Positions 1-9,723 of a DNA stretch of 47,008 bases are shown here, piece by piece. The notes under the pieces were generated by a model. It was not told the origin of the DNA. It did no database searches and was given only the letters and a program-made list of their open reading frames with translations. Within the stretch, counting starts at the first letter, position 1, and every line of letters starts with the position of its first letter. The translations under genes and the position numbers were made by a program. This DNA is from a virus. The stretch is from IMG/VR virus record IMGVR_UViG_3300045747_000694, positions 106,165-153,172 of that record; one strand, given 5' to 3'.

Positions 1-35
1 CCAACCTCTCGCAGACCGCGCCGGGCCGCCTCATC

Positions 36-2306
36 ATGGCTGGCGCGATGACGAGGGGCAAAGACGGCAAGGTGAAGCTCGATGAGGAGATGATCAGGAA
101 GCTGAACCGCGGCGAGATCACCATCGACCAGCTCAAGGCGCGGGCCGGGAACCTCTCGGACAACGACAAGATCAGCTTCGCGGCCAACGCCAAGAACCTC
201 GGTGGCCAGTTCGCAGGACAGGTCGACCTCCCGAAGTTCATGCAGGGCCTCGTTGGCGGGAAGGGGCAGGAAGCAGCAAGCCTTCTCCTCCAGCAGTACT
301 CCGGCGGCCAGATGTCGGAGTCCGACGTCTCGCTGATGACGGCCATGGGGCGGGGCAACCAGGGCGTCGACATGGAGAGCTTCAAGGGCGTCCGCAGCCG
401 CGAGATGCAGATCCGGGAGAGCACCGACCCCGAGATCATGTGGAAGAGGATCAAGACCAAGATGCACAGCGCCACGTTCGGGCACGTCGAGCAGGCGGGT
501 GCGGACGTCTACTCTTCCATCGGCAAGATGTACGACAACTTCATCGACGACCTGGTCGGCCGCCACGTCGTCGCGCTCTCGAAGGAAGGGGCGAAGGCTC
601 TCCAGCAGGGCATGTCCGGCGTCGGCGGCAAGGAGATGCGGGACATGTTCGCCGCAGCTCACGGCCTCAAGCCAGGCTCCGACATCGGGAGCAGCTTCGG
701 GGAGAGCGGCATTGCCAACACGGTGCGGGGTTGGGGCGCTGCCTCCGGCTCTTCCGGCCTCACCTCGTTCGGGCAGAACAAGCAGGCCGCCGGCCTGGCC
801 GGCGCCAGCGGCTCTCTTCTCGACAAGATCAACGACCTCGCGGACTCCGGTCGCCTCGTGACGGCAGCAGGCAGGGCCTCCGCGGGAGACCTCCTCTCGC
901 TGAAGGTCAAGATCAACAAGGACACGGGTGGAGAGTTCAACGCGGCTGACCACGACGTGAGGTCGCAGATGACTCGGGAGGGGATGGCCAAGGTCATCGC
1001 CGCCTCGATGCGTGAGAAGGGTTACGGGACGACCGCTGGTGGAGACGATGGCTTGCCCGACCTCGAGGGCATGCTCATGCGCGGTGACACCAAGGGCATC
1101 GAGAGTCTCACCGGGAAGTCGATGGCAGAGCTCGGTACCGACCTCGGAGACACCTCGGGCGGTCGCTTCATTCGTACCGCGAACTCCCACCGGACGGAGA
1201 AGGGAGGCCTCTACAGCGACTACCTGTCCGGCGGTCTCTACTCCACCGAGCAGAACTCCATGAAGGTCAGTGCCCGAGAGGCTGCCGGCGGAAGCTCCGT
1301 CTCGAAGTACATCAAGACCCGCGACATCGACTCGCTTCGGAAGGATGCAGAATCGGAGCTGGGCAACCTCTCCGGGGACAGCAGAGCCATCATTCGGGGG
1401 AGCTCCAACGTCCGGTCCATCGCTCTCGCCATGCTCCAGAGCGATACGAAGAAGAAGCAGATCGAGGAGATCCTCCACAGCGGCGACAACGCAGAGGACC
1501 GTGCGAAGAAGTTGTCCGACATCGGAGTCCACGTCAGCGCGCAGGAGGCGGACCAGCTCTACCAGCTCACCTTGGATGGCGGGTTCACGAAGGCCCAAAA
1601 GGGCATCGAGATGTTCCACGCTGCTGGTGCCCTTGGCGACAAGTGGATTGGCGAGAACAAGATGGGCGAGATCTCGAAGGGGCTTCGCGAGAGCCTCGGG
1701 GCCCTGCCTGCGGGGGAGAAGGGATCCTCAGAGGCCGGCATGGCCGCGACGCTCTCGGCAGCTGCCAGCGCGATGAGCTCGGACATGAACGCGAAGACGA
1801 CCAAGGGCTGGGGTGCAGCGCTTCGGCAGACCATCGCGAGCTACCAAGGGGCAGATGATGAGGGGAAGAAGCGGTTGCTCAAGGCCCTCGGCCCTGCGGC
1901 CGCTTCGGCCATCCAGAGTGCCGCCGGTGTCGAGAAGGACCTCTCAGGGCTCGAGGGGTCACAGGTCTCGATGGAACAGCTCACCCAGCGAGGTCTGAGC
2001 CCCGGTGAGATCCTCAACGCAGCACCGGGAGCCGCGGAGAACGGAGTCAACCTCACGCCCTCCATGATCTCGAGGCTCGCCAGCTCCCGTGCTGCTTCTG
2101 GCCTTGCTGGCAGCTACGGCGCGAAGGAGGGTGCGGCCGAGACCGGACGTGAGATGGTCAAGACGTTGAAGGAGATCTCGACACTCACCGCGCAGAACAT
2201 GGCCTACGCGCAAGTCACGGCTTCCGCTATCGTCGGCAAGTTCGGGAACGATGAGACGAAGAAGAAGCTGGAACAGATCAAGCCGAATGCCCCGGAGTCC
2301 AAGTGA
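36..2306 (+). CDS. Large Gly/Ser/Ala/Lys-rich hydrophilic protein (756 aa in window); possibly a virion internal or minor structural protein; may be 5'-partial
   Basis: Long ORF with strong GC3 bias. The reading frame is open upstream of the first ATG to window position 1, so the true start may lie outside the window. Low-complexity GxSG/AAS-rich segments. No recognisable catalytic motif. Confidence 0.6.
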   Translation: MAGAMTRGKDGKVKLDEEMIRKLNRGEITIDQLKARAGNLSDNDKISFAANAKNLGGQFAGQVDLPKFMQGLVGGKGQEAASLLLQQYSGGQMSESDVSLMTAMGRGNQGVDMESFKGVRSREMQIRESTDPEIMWKRIKTKMHSATFGHVEQAGADVYSSIGKMYDNFIDDLVGRHVVALSKEGAKALQQGMSGVGGKEMRDMFAAAHGLKPGSDIGSSFGESGIANTVRGWGAASGSSGLTSFGQNKQAAGLAGASGSLLDKINDLADSGRLVTAAGRASAGDLLSLKVKINKDTGGEFNAADHDVRSQMTREGMAKVIAASMREKGYGTTAGGDDGLPDLEGMLMRGDTKGIESLTGKSMAELGTDLGDTSGGRFIRTANSHRTEKGGLYSDYLSGGLYSTEQNSMKVSAREAAGGSSVSKYIKTRDIDSLRKDAESELGNLSGDSRAIIRGSSNVRSIALAMLQSDTKKKQIEEILHSGDNAEDRAKKLSDIGVHVSAQEADQLYQLTLDGGFTKAQKGIEMFHAAGALGDKWIGENKMGEISKGLRESLGALPAGEKGSSEAGMAATLSAAASAMSSDMNAKTTKGWGAALRQTIASYQGADDEGKKRLLKALGPAAASAIQSAAGVEKDLSGLEGSQVSMEQLTQRGLSPGEILNAAPGAAENGVNLTPSMISRLASSRAASGLAGSYGAKEGAAETGREMVKTLKEISTLTAQNMAYAQVTASAIVGKFGNDETKKKLEQIKPNAPESK

Positions 2307-2506
2307 GGGAGATCATCGAGCAAGACATGGTCGTTGATGGGAAGGTCGTGCGGGTGACCCTCATCAACGATCCCAACATCGACGACGTTCTCATCGGCGA
2401 GTCGCAGGACTACGCCTACGGCCTCTCGAGTGGTACGACTGACCCCGAGCGCCGGGTGGTGAGAAGCGTCCGCGAGATCTTCCTGATGTTCGGGGTGCAG
2501 CGATGA
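2303..2506 (+). CDS. Small hypothetical protein (67 aa), translationally coupled
   Basis: GTG start overlaps the upstream TGA stop (GTGA). GC3-rich coding bias. Confidence 0.45.
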   Translation: MREIIEQDMVVDGKVVRVTLINDPNIDDVLIGESQDYAYGLSSGTTDPERRVVRSVREIFLMFGVQR

Positions 2507-2515
2507 GGAGCTCCA

Positions 2516-3970
2516 ATGGCCGCTAGCGCCGCCGCAACGAAGGCCACGGCGAAGGCCAAGCCGTCGACCCCCGTGAAGACCAACGGGCCCGCCCTGATGA
2601 AGGTCGCGGTGCCGCCTGAGCGCTTCGCCGACTCGAACCAGAAGACGTCGGTCGCCGCGCGGGGCAAGAACAACGTCCGGCGCCCCACGAGCGGCATCAC
2701 GCTGCGAGACGAGACCTTCGCCTCGATCCGTCTCGTCTCGGGGGACGGGGTCAACCAGAGGATCATCGACGCGGGCAGCCGGCTCCCGAACCCCGACAAG
2801 AGCGGGGAACCTCTGACCGTCAAGGTCGGAGACAAGACCTACGTGGCCAACGAGGTCTACTCGAACTTCCTCCTTCAGAACATCGCGGAGGAGCGCTCGG
2901 AGAAGGTGCAGGTGCTGGAGACCTTCGGCGAGCCCTACATCTTCCTCTTCGGAGAGCGGCCGCGCGTCCTGAACTGCCAGGGCATCCTGCTCAACACCTG
3001 GGACTTCAACTGGGAAGCGGAGTGGTGGGCCAACTACGACAACTTCCTCCGCGGCACGAAGTGCGTCGAGAACGATGCCCGCGTCTACATGGCCTTCGAC
3101 AACACGCTGGTCGGTGGCTACATCCTCTCTTCGAGCGCCACGAAGGTCGCGCAGGAGAGGCACTTCGTCCAGTTCCAGTTCCAGCTCTTCGTCACCTACT
3201 ACGAGAGCTTCTCGAACCTCGGTGATCCTAGCGTCTCTCCTTTCGGGGATCTCGCCTACTCTGGTAACGACGCGGCGGCTATCACCGCCGTGGGAGGGCC
3301 GAAGTACCCCATCGACGGCATCTTCGAGGGAGGACAGCGTATCTCCGTAGATGCTGCTGGTAACGTCACGGGCACCGACAACTACAAGCAGGCGGTCAAG
3401 GACGCGCAGCCAAGCACCTTGGCGCAGAGTTGGAGGAACATTCAGCAGGCCACTCGCTCCGTGCTCAGCACCGTGTCGCAGGTCTGGGAGGGAGAGGTGA
3501 TCAAGGTCCCGGACGGCTTCTCCGGGATGTTTGCCTTCGATGAGCAGGTGCAGGTGAAGGAGCGCAAGGACCTCACGAGCCAGACCATCAGGTACACCAC
3601 CTTCTCCGAGAACGATTCTGAGTACGTGGGTACCAGCTCCCACTACGGCTCTGCCGACCTGAGGTTCAATGGCCTCGGTGGCGGCTTCGTACAGGACTTC
3701 ACCGAGGCCAACAGGGCCTCGGCGCAAGCAGCCAAGTTCTTCAAGGACAACGGCATCACTCCTGGGCCCAGTGTGGCGGAGAACCTCGGCAAGCTCGTGA
3801 AGCAGGCGCGTGCGGGGCTGGTGGCTGTGAACGCGGCCACCGCCATCGCAGGCTTCGCTCGTCATGGCATCCAGCCCGCCACCCCTGACCTGTCTGGCTC
3901 CGTCTTCAACTGGAGCAACAACTACGGTGGGGCGATGAAGCGCTCTACCAGCAACTCCTACCCGGAGTAG
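2516..3970 (+). CDS. Structural (tail/baseplate-type) protein, 484 aa; ends at an in-frame TAG directly followed by the next ORF in the same frame
   Basis: Good RBS (GAGGAG) 7-9 nt upstream of the ATG. Beta-rich sequence (FDNTLVGGYILSSSATKVAQERHFVQFQFQLFV). The TAG stop at 3968-3970 is in the same frame as ORF 4061..7048. Confidence 0.75.
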   Translation: MAASAAATKATAKAKPSTPVKTNGPALMKVAVPPERFADSNQKTSVAARGKNNVRRPTSGITLRDETFASIRLVSGDGVNQRIIDAGSRLPNPDKSGEPLTVKVGDKTYVANEVYSNFLLQNIAEERSEKVQVLETFGEPYIFLFGERPRVLNCQGILLNTWDFNWEAEWWANYDNFLRGTKCVENDARVYMAFDNTLVGGYILSSSATKVAQERHFVQFQFQLFVTYYESFSNLGDPSVSPFGDLAYSGNDAAAITAVGGPKYPIDGIFEGGQRISVDAAGNVTGTDNYKQAVKDAQPSTLAQSWRNIQQATRSVLSTVSQVWEGEVIKVPDGFSGMFAFDEQVQVKERKDLTSQTIRYTTFSENDSEYVGTSSHYGSADLRFNGLGGGFVQDFTEANRASAQAAKFFKDNGITPGPSVAENLGKLVKQARAGLVAVNAATAIAGFARHGIQPATPDLSGSVFNWSNNYGGAMKRSTSNSYPE

Positions 3971-4060
3971 CCACTGTCTGCCATCGGCAAGCCACTTCGC
4001 CTCCGGCTCTTCCTCGAGGGCGTCGAGATCCCCATCGTCGCGGCTCAGGTCTCGATCGGG

Positions 4061-7048
4061 ATGAACTCGCCGGCGGCGGCATCCCTTCAGGTCGTTCCTA
4101 CGGACGCCGGGCTCTACCTCCGCCCGCGGACCATGGTGCACCTCTTCTACCTCGACGAGAGGGTGACGGAGACGAAGACCGGTCGGTCCGTCAGCCGCTC
4201 GCTGCGGGACTACAAGCTGCTCTTCTGTGGGGAGATCATCGCCCAGTCGATGCAGCAGACGCCACAGAGCCGGGGTCTGGTGCTCCAGTGCGTCGACTTC
4301 TCCTCCTACTGGGACTCGGCGCACCTGACTGCCATCGAGTACGGACCTGGGGGCAACTGGGCCACTCACTCGGCGGCGGTGTCCGGGTCCAACTCCGGCC
4401 TCGTGGACGACATCGTCAACCAGATGCCGGAGAAGCTGGTGCAGTGGCTCCGGCAGACGCCGCGCACTCCCGGACTGGCGACGGTCGACGGTCTGGCCGG
4501 GGGCATCATCCGCATGCTCGAGGCCATCGGCGGAGTGCCGGGGCATGAGCGCGGGGTGAACGACTTCTTCACCGTTGCTGAGCTGCGCTGCAAGCTCCTC
4601 CAGCAGATCACCGCCGAGGAGAACGACAACACGGCCTACAGGCTGCTCAAGGGGAAGGTCTTCGACGAGTGGGTGCGGAACGGGCTCTCGAACATGGGGC
4701 AGCAGGTCACCTTCCGCGACGTGATGAAGCTGCTCTTCCAGTACGTCTACTATGAGATGGTCCCCAACCCTGCCGCGAAGTACTCGCCGGCGATCGGCCA
4801 GGGAGGGTCGAAGACGAACACAGGTACCTCTTCTCTCCTGAAGACTGCGGAAGGCGGAAGCGCCAAGGTCACCATCTCCGGCGTCATCCAGGACCTGGGG
4901 GACTTCGTTGGTAAGACCGAAGCCTCAGGGGACTGGAAGAACTACCTCTCGGCGTTCTCCTCGTTGATCATGGGGGCAAAGAAGACGCTCGCGAAGCTGA
5001 CGAGCGGGGAGATCGGGAAGGAAGCTCGACAGGTGACGAGCTTCTTGGATGCGGCGTCTCAGAAGCTCGATGCCACCATGAAGGGGATCAAGCCGGGCAT
5101 GGTGGTGGCTGGGTTGCCTGAGACGGAGCAGAGCCTGGATGCGGAGATCAATGCGGTGCTGGAGCCGTTGAAGTCCGCCTTGGGCCTCATCACGAAGAGC
5201 CAGGACCATGCGTACTCGGTCACCAGCTCGACGGCGAGGACCGAGAGGCTCAGCACGCAGATCCTCCGCCCCGACTGTTGGTTCGCTCCGCCCCCGGTCT
5301 GCAACGTCATCTTCCCGGAGCAGTACGCGCAGCTCCAGTACGACAGGAACTTCCTCGGAGAGGTGACGAGGACGCTGGTGTGGATGAGCAACACATTGGT
5401 GGGGAACGACAAGCTGCTCGCAGACAAGGTACTCGCGCCGAATCCCACCTCCTTCAAGGACACTGGCTTGATGGGGGTGAAGGGCAGCCTGGGGTACCGG
5501 GAGCTGATGCCGCATGAGTACCACACAGGGATCGTGCCTCGCGAAGAGTGGCTCCCGAACACGGCGGCGACGTCGGCGGAAGGGCAGAGGACCGCGACGG
5601 AAGCGGCGATCAACAGTGATGTACTGTCCTGGGGTCAACGGACGGCGCTGTACCTCTTCTACAAGTACCGATTCGCTCAGCGCAGCGCCACCCTCGGCGG
5701 GCGGTTCAACCCCGGTCTCGTCTGCGGGTTCCCTGCTCTCGTGATTCGAGGACCGTACACGCCCACGGCCATGAACCTCACGGAGGCGCTCGACAACGCG
5801 GACGCCCTCGGCGCTCCTGTGCACCTGCTCGGCATGATCGGAACGCTGAGCCATTCCGTGGGGCAGGATGGGGGGACGTCTTCCTTCACGATGCACCACG
5901 TCAGGCACCACAACGGTTCCGACGACGAGTACCTGAACCTCATTCGAGGTCTCCGCACCGCTTCCCACACCTACGAGGAGGACCTGTCTCTCGCCAAGAT
6001 CAACGCCATGCCGGAGGGGACCGACAAGAAGAAGAGGCTGGAGTTCCTCGTGGGGTGCACCACGCAGGGGACCACGCCACCCCCACCCCCTGTCGCCAAG
6101 GCGGACGCCCAAGACGGCAACCTGGTGGAGATCGAGGAGGCGAACGACCAGATCCCGCCGGATGGCACCACCAAGTCTGGGAGGGTCTACATCCCGACCA
6201 ACTGCCGCATCAAGAGAGGCATGCCCGGCCTCTACGGCAAGGGGAAGGTCACATCCATCGTCGTGGTGAAGACCTCTCGGAGCAAGGTTGAGGGCGGCCT
6301 CGCCTTCGACCAGGTGAGGGTCTCTTGGACACAAGACCAAGACCTGCCAGTGGCGCAGCCCATCGAGCTCATCCTTCGTCCCAGGTCCTGGTTCTCTCCG
6401 AAGTACTCCAACGAGCTTGTGGGTCAGGAGATCTACCAGCCCTTCTTCGGGTGCAACTCCATCATCGACGAGTTCAAGGCAACCGTCGGAGACACCTCTT
6501 CCTCACCGGATGCGCCGGCCGCCATCGAGGAGGAGGGGAAGTACAAGCTCGACTCTTCGACGACCACTGTCGAGAGCGCGGAACTCAACTACGCTGACAA
6601 GATGAAGCACAGCGTGGAGCGTTCGGCCAACGCTCTGGCCTACCTCTACGGCAAGGTGAAGGAGCTGCGCGGAGACGTCGAGGACTTCATCCAGCAGTAC
6701 ACCTACCGCCCCATCGCCACGAAGGAAGAGATCCTCGGGTCGGACGACCTGGAGTTCGACGTCTTCACCAACGGCTCGGTGGAGGCCAAGACGGTGCCGG
6801 CGCCCGGCGGCGTCGGTCCTCCCTACGTCCCGACGGTGGGCTTCCACAGCACGGCGGTCCACCAGCAGATCGTCGAGAGCAAGGTCCCACTGGCGGGGCT
6901 GGTGAAGGACTACGCCACCAAGCTCACCCGCATCAACTCGACAGGACAGCCCACGGAGATCCAGGCGAAGTACGATGTGCGCCGGGACAAGCGGGGCAGG
7001 GTGATGGACTACTACAACTCCCTGAGCAAGAGGGGCCTCAGAGGTTAG
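4061..7048 (+). CDS. Large structural protein (at least 995 aa; the ORF is open and coding-like from 3971)
   Basis: Long GC3-biased ORF. Codons 3971-4060 (PLSAIGKPLRLRLFLEGVEIPIVAAQVSIG) are in frame and look coding, but contain no ATG/GTG/TTG. Coordinates are given from the first ATG. Confidence 0.8.
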   Translation: MNSPAAASLQVVPTDAGLYLRPRTMVHLFYLDERVTETKTGRSVSRSLRDYKLLFCGEIIAQSMQQTPQSRGLVLQCVDFSSYWDSAHLTAIEYGPGGNWATHSAAVSGSNSGLVDDIVNQMPEKLVQWLRQTPRTPGLATVDGLAGGIIRMLEAIGGVPGHERGVNDFFTVAELRCKLLQQITAEENDNTAYRLLKGKVFDEWVRNGLSNMGQQVTFRDVMKLLFQYVYYEMVPNPAAKYSPAIGQGGSKTNTGTSSLLKTAEGGSAKVTISGVIQDLGDFVGKTEASGDWKNYLSAFSSLIMGAKKTLAKLTSGEIGKEARQVTSFLDAASQKLDATMKGIKPGMVVAGLPETEQSLDAEINAVLEPLKSALGLITKSQDHAYSVTSSTARTERLSTQILRPDCWFAPPPVCNVIFPEQYAQLQYDRNFLGEVTRTLVWMSNTLVGNDKLLADKVLAPNPTSFKDTGLMGVKGSLGYRELMPHEYHTGIVPREEWLPNTAATSAEGQRTATEAAINSDVLSWGQRTALYLFYKYRFAQRSATLGGRFNPGLVCGFPALVIRGPYTPTAMNLTEALDNADALGAPVHLLGMIGTLSHSVGQDGGTSSFTMHHVRHHNGSDDEYLNLIRGLRTASHTYEEDLSLAKINAMPEGTDKKKRLEFLVGCTTQGTTPPPPPVAKADAQDGNLVEIEEANDQIPPDGTTKSGRVYIPTNCRIKRGMPGLYGKGKVTSIVVVKTSRSKVEGGLAFDQVRVSWTQDQDLPVAQPIELILRPRSWFSPKYSNELVGQEIYQPFFGCNSIIDEFKATVGDTSSSPDAPAAIEEEGKYKLDSSTTTVESAELNYADKMKHSVERSANALAYLYGKVKELRGDVEDFIQQYTYRPIATKEEILGSDDLEFDVFTNGSVEAKTVPAPGGVGPPYVPTVGFHSTAVHQQIVESKVPLAGLVKDYATKLTRINSTGQPTEIQAKYDVRRDKRGRVMDYYNSLSKRGLRG

Positions 7049-7101
7049 CGTTCCCAACCCACAGGGCCTGGTGTAACGTGCCCAGAAGAGGAGACTTCAC
7101 C

Positions 7102-7446
7102 ATGTCCAGCGACACCAAGTATCTCGCGTTCCGTGACGAGCTCACCAAGATCTCTGGCGAGTCCCGCATCGGTCGCAAGCCCATCGGCATCGAGAAGCTG
7201 CTGGAGAACGAGTCCGAGGTCACGGGCCTTCCCGAAGACTTCACGGCGGCGCCGGAAGTGGTCGAGGTGGCGCAGCAGGCCGCCAAGGCCCTCGTGAAGA
7301 TGTCGGCCTCCGTCAGCATCAAGGGCGGCCACGCCGCGCTCCTCGCCGCCGGCGCGGGCGGGGCGCTGTTCGCGCGCAAGGCCAACGAGGACCGCAAGAT
7401 GGGTCGCGCCATGCGGAAGCAGCAGCAGGCGCAGCAGGCGTACTGA
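7102..7446 (+). CDS. Small protein (114 aa) with a Gly-zipper-like hydrophobic segment and a basic C-terminus; paralog of the next gene
   Basis: RBS GAGGAG upstream of ATG 7102. N-terminal motif KYLAFRDELTKISGES is shared with the 7454 ORF (HTAFLDELQKISEVS). Confidence 0.6.
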   Translation: MSSDTKYLAFRDELTKISGESRIGRKPIGIEKLLENESEVTGLPEDFTAAPEVVEVAQQAAKALVKMSASVSIKGGHAALLAAGAGGALFARKANEDRKMGRAMRKQQQAQQAY

Positions 7447-7453
7447 GGCCAGC

Positions 7454-8065
7454 GTGCTCCGCGACCGAGTGCACACGGCCTTCCTGGACGAACTCCAGAA
7501 GATCAGCGAGGTGAGTCTCGCTGGTCTGTCGCATGAGAGCGTCCAGCGGATGGCGACTCCGGCGCAGCCCATGGAGACCGCGGGTCTCTCGAAGGCCCTC
7601 GCGGTCCTGGCGCGCTACGAAGGGATGCCGAAGATCGCGTTCGTCAACCGCGTCTCGAACCCCGATCTCCCGCAGATGCGGCGCACGACCGGGGTTCGGA
7701 AGAAGTCGGCGGACAAGGGCGCGGTCGAGCAGGGCAAGAACCTGGCCGGCTACACCGCCGGGGGCATGGGCATCGGGCGCATCGGAGGGTACGTGGCGCA
7801 GGGGCCCCACGCCGCGATCTCCGAGGCAGCGAAGAGGTCCGCCCACGGCAAGATGTGGTGGGGCACGGTGGCTGGAGGTGCCCTTGGCGCAGCGGAGTAC
7901 GCACGCAAGCGCATCAAGGCCAAGCAGCAAGAGAAGGTGGCCGCCCTCGTTCCCACCGTCCAGTCCCCTGCGAAGCAGCTGCACTACGGCCAGCAGACGG
8001 GGAAGACCCAGGCTCACGGGCTGAAGTCCGGCCCCTCCATCCACCGTCTCGCCACCAAGGTCTAG
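7454..8065 (+). CDS. Paralogous small protein (203 aa) with a Gly-rich amphipathic segment and a basic tail
   Basis: GTG start. Shares the N-terminal motif and the GGALxAxxYARK-type segment with the 7102 ORF. Confidence 0.55.
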   Translation: MLRDRVHTAFLDELQKISEVSLAGLSHESVQRMATPAQPMETAGLSKALAVLARYEGMPKIAFVNRVSNPDLPQMRRTTGVRKKSADKGAVEQGKNLAGYTAGGMGIGRIGGYVAQGPHAAISEAAKRSAHGKMWWGTVAGGALGAAEYARKRIKAKQQEKVAALVPTVQSPAKQLHYGQQTGKTQAHGLKSGPSIHRLATKV

Positions 8066-8074
8066 GAGACCACC

Positions 8075-8602
8075 ATGAAGCTCCGCCTCAAGAAGACCGC
8101 TGGCCGCTACGACACCGACGCCCCCTACCAGTCGTCGTTCATGCCCAGCGTCCCCGAGAACATGGCCTCTCAGCGGGACCGCGAGGAGCTCGACCGGTTC
8201 CACACAACCCTGGACTCCCGCGTGGACACTCAGGCGACCCTGAAGAAGCTCTTCGACTACGCCACCACCTCTCGCGAGAAGGAGCGCGCCAAGGCGAAGA
8301 AGCTCTTCACGCAGGCAGGCGTGGCCTCCACCAACTCCCCCGGCCTCCAGCCGAACGTGCTGGAGACGCCGGCGCTCGAGCAGGACGCGGGGCTGGCCCC
8401 TGCGGTGAAGACCGCCTCGGCGGAGTTCAGCATCGCCCCGCGCGTCGACGCCTGGTTCGAGAAGAACGCCAGCTCCCTGCTGACCGAGGCGCAGCGTCGC
8501 TACCCCGAGCTGCTGAAGGCCGCGGCCATCCCGTCCCCTTCCCTGAAGCGGGGGAAGAGCACCCCGGTCGTCGCGAGCAGCCTCTCCGGCGGCAGCGCGT
8601 AA
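8075..8602 (+). CDS. Hypothetical protein (175 aa)
   Basis: AGGAG RBS 7 nt upstream. GC3 bias. Confidence 0.65.
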   Translation: MKLRLKKTAGRYDTDAPYQSSFMPSVPENMASQRDREELDRFHTTLDSRVDTQATLKKLFDYATTSREKERAKAKKLFTQAGVASTNSPGLQPNVLETPALEQDAGLAPAVKTASAEFSIAPRVDAWFEKNASSLLTEAQRRYPELLKAAAIPSPSLKRGKSTPVVASSLSGGSA

Positions 8603-8606
8603 CGCC

Positions 8607-9464
8607 ATGATCGAGGTCTCGGACACAAGTCCGGACCTGGACTGGGTCCTGGGGAAGCTCGCGGCCGCCAAGAAGGCGCCTCCAGCTTCCCCTGCGGCTT
8701 CTCCAGAGCAGAAGAAGCTGGATCTCCGGGCGAAGCAGCCGAAGGAGCTCGAGCTCTGGAAGGCGTGGAAGGATGGCGGCCAGAAGCCCCACCTCCTCGA
8801 GCCCCTGCTGAAGTCCTTCGCCCCGCTCATCAACTCGCGCATCAACCTCTACAAGAGGGCGGAGATCCCCACCGCGGCGCTCGAGCAGGAACACCACAAG
8901 TGGTTCCTGAAGGGGCTTCAGACCTTCGACCCCTCCAAGGGCGCGGCGCTCAACACGCACCTCACCACCAACCTGAAGAAGGCCGGGCGGTGGATCGAGG
9001 CCAACAAGAACTTCGCGTACATCCCCGAGAACGTCTCGCGCAACATCGGCGCCTACAAGAACTTCAAGGGCGAGCTGGCGGACCGGCTGGGCTACGAGCC
9101 GGACGACAAGACCATCCTCGACTTCGCCATCAAGGAGAAGCACCCGAAGCTGGGTGTGCTCTCCTTGAAGGACATCAAGCGCATCAACACGGACCAGCGC
9201 AAGGGCCTCATCGAGAAGGGGCACGAAGACGACCTCCTCTCCAACAGCGGGATCGACCCGCGCGAGGTCGAGGTGGCTCACCTCATCATCCCGCAGCTCA
9301 CCCCGCAGGAGCGGCTGGTTCATGAGCACACGCTGGGGCTGAACGGGAAGGCGCAGCTCAAGCCGGGCGACATCGCCAAGAAGCTGAAGATGGACAACTC
9401 CAAGGTGGCGAAGCTGCGCTCCGCGATCTGGAACAAGATGAAGCCGTACCTGGGCGAGTCATGA
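8607..9464 (+). CDS. Sigma-70 family RNA polymerase sigma factor (phage-encoded; regions 2 and 4 recognisable)
   Basis: Region-2-like segment ELELWKAWKDGG...LLEPLLKSFAPLINSRINLYKR. C-terminal region-4 helix-turn-helix LTPQERLVHEHTLGLNGKAQLKPGDIAKKLKMDNSKVAKLRSAIWNKMKPYL. Confidence 0.8.
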   Translation: MIEVSDTSPDLDWVLGKLAAAKKAPPASPAASPEQKKLDLRAKQPKELELWKAWKDGGQKPHLLEPLLKSFAPLINSRINLYKRAEIPTAALEQEHHKWFLKGLQTFDPSKGAALNTHLTTNLKKAGRWIEANKNFAYIPENVSRNIGAYKNFKGELADRLGYEPDDKTILDFAIKEKHPKLGVLSLKDIKRINTDQRKGLIEKGHEDDLLSNSGIDPREVEVAHLIIPQLTPQERLVHEHTLGLNGKAQLKPGDIAKKLKMDNSKVAKLRSAIWNKMKPYLGES

Positions 9465-9721
9465 CGACCTTCCGCGTCGACCCCACGATGCCCTCTCGTG
9501 TCGTGACCATCGCGACGACGAGGGACTCCCGGATGACCAGGTTGCAGCAGGCGACCAATGCCTACGCCGAGGTCGAGTTGAGCCGTATCGACGAAGAGGT
9601 GGCCGCCCTCGAGGCGATCACGAAGGCGCGCCGCGCCGGCCAGGGTGCCGCGGAGGACGCGGTGGGGCCAGCTACAGCCATTGCAGAAGCAGACATCGAC
9701 TCGTATCTGAGGGGAGTGTAA
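9461..9721 (+). CDS. Hypothetical protein (86 aa), ATGA-coupled to the sigma factor gene
   Basis: Start/stop overlap (ATGA). GC3 bias. Confidence 0.5.
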   Translation: MTTFRVDPTMPSRVVTIATTRDSRMTRLQQATNAYAEVELSRIDEEVAALEAITKARRAGQGAAEDAVGPATAIAEADIDSYLRGV

Positions 9722-9723
9722 CC

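Noticed and set aside
2204-7572. Long minus-strand ORFs (2204..4546, 4925..6340, 6503..7057, 7045..7572) and many short internal alternative-frame ORFs
   Set aside because: They are antisense to, or out of frame with, well-supported + strand genes. They lack RBSs and have Arg/Pro-rich composition typical of spurious ORFs in GC-rich DNA.
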